A stretch of DNA of 37,562 nt, from NCBI GenBank assembly GCA_016840095.1, contig JAEOSZ010000019.1, positions 1 through 37,562 of the forward strand. The letters run 5' to 3'. The notes below the pieces were generated by a model that was given only the letters and a program-made list of their open reading frames with translations, had not been told where the DNA came from and did not search any database. The position numbers and the translations under genes were made by a program. Shown one piece after another: positions 36,880 to 37,562 of this stretch (the stretch's first letter is position 1; each line of letters begins with the position of its first letter). Source of the stretch: Candidatus Heimdallarchaeota archaeon. GTDB lineage: Archaea > Asgardarchaeota > Heimdallarchaeia > Heimdallarchaeales > Heimdallarchaeaceae.

Positions 36880-37203
36880 ATGACAGAGATAGCATATCAT
36901 CTAAGATGCGATTGTAAGAAATCAGTGAATGCTTATTCCTGTCCAGTAGGGTTGCTTAAACCTACAACAAAACACAATTACGATTACTATCATTGTCCAT
37001 ATTGTGACTATGACTATATTTGCGATCATTCAATCAAAATAGAATTTGATTATGACGACAAAGGTTTACCTATGCAAAATACTATTGTGTGTTCTAGATG
37101 TGGTTCTCAACTGGAAGCTTATTTATGGCCTAAACTAATAGAAGATCTTGGGGAAGGGGATTATAACACTAGATATGTAAGTATTTACCGTAGAAACTAT
37201 TAA
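36880..37203 (+). CDS. Small 8-Cys putative double-Zn-binding protein (copy 2)
   Basis: Ungapped paralog of 19127..19387; TATA-like AAATATATAT upstream. Confidence 0.8.
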   Translation: MTEIAYHLRCDCKKSVNAYSCPVGLLKPTTKHNYDYYHCPYCDYDYICDHSIKIEFDYDDKGLPMQNTIVCSRCGSQLEAYLWPKLIEDLGEGDYNTRYVSIYRRNY

Positions 37204-37450
37204 AATATATATTTTTAAACCAAAAGTGTAATACGGAGACATTATTTTACTTACTTAAAACATATAAAGAGGTTAATTATATCTATATGAAAAAAAAACT
37301 AATTTAACGAATTCGAAAGTTGAAATATCCATTTTACTAGAAGATGGAGAGATGAGATGACAATATGTTTTTGAAACTAATGTGAAGGTTTTTATCCAAT
37401 ACTTTACCTTTTTCCCTAGTTTTAAAAGGTACTAGTATCTTGTTAGTATA

Positions 37451-37562
37451 ATGAAAAGAGGTCTTTGTTATTTACTAGTTCTATTTGGGATAGTTCTTGT
37501 TGTATCATCTGCATCAAATACTAGTGCGTATTCATTTAGTTTGGAGATGGAAACAGATATCA
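37451..37562 (+). CDS. Start of a secreted or surface protein (truncated by the window end)
   Basis: MKRGLCYLLVLFGIVLVVSSASNTSAYSF... is a typical Sec signal peptide; open to the window end. Confidence 0.65.
   Translation, partial: MKRGLCYLLVLFGIVLVVSSASNTSAYSFSLEMETDI

Noticed and set aside
1-37562. tRNA, rRNA or structured ncRNA
   Set aside because: No GC-rich stems or tRNA T-loop context seen in intergenic regions; a covariance-model search would be needed to exclude small RNAs

Overview
AT-rich (roughly 30% GC by eye), gene-dense archaeal chromosome segment. An actin-family gene, a single-OB SSB, GGTGA-type Shine-Dalgarno sites, TATA-like promoters and oligo-T terminators point to an Asgard archaeon, probably Heimdallarchaeia (inference). 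It holds about 37 CDS and no recognisable rRNA, tRNA, CRISPR array or transposase. Housekeeping and metabolic genes include a serC-like aminotransferase, serA, panE, DUF1015, frlB/frlD, nitroreductase, an LLM oxidoreductase, a DAGK-family lipid kinase, two DegV proteins, penicillin acylase, GH127, an SDR and a methyltransferase. Unusual elements: (1) a divergent actin-related protein with an N-terminal Zn-ribbon, degenerate ATPase residues, a shortened D-loop and a ~40-aa insertion; (2) an acyl-carrier-protein homologue with Lys where the phosphopantetheinylated Ser should be; (3) an orphan bacterial-type ParB with a Cys/His tail and upstream palindromes; (4) a divergent locus of two 87-aa paralogs facing two split-HTH regulators, followed by an 8-Cys small protein that has a second copy 17.5 kb away; (5) a USP-USP protein with a tetrad-repeat charged tail. 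All family calls come from motif recognition by eye. No searches were run.
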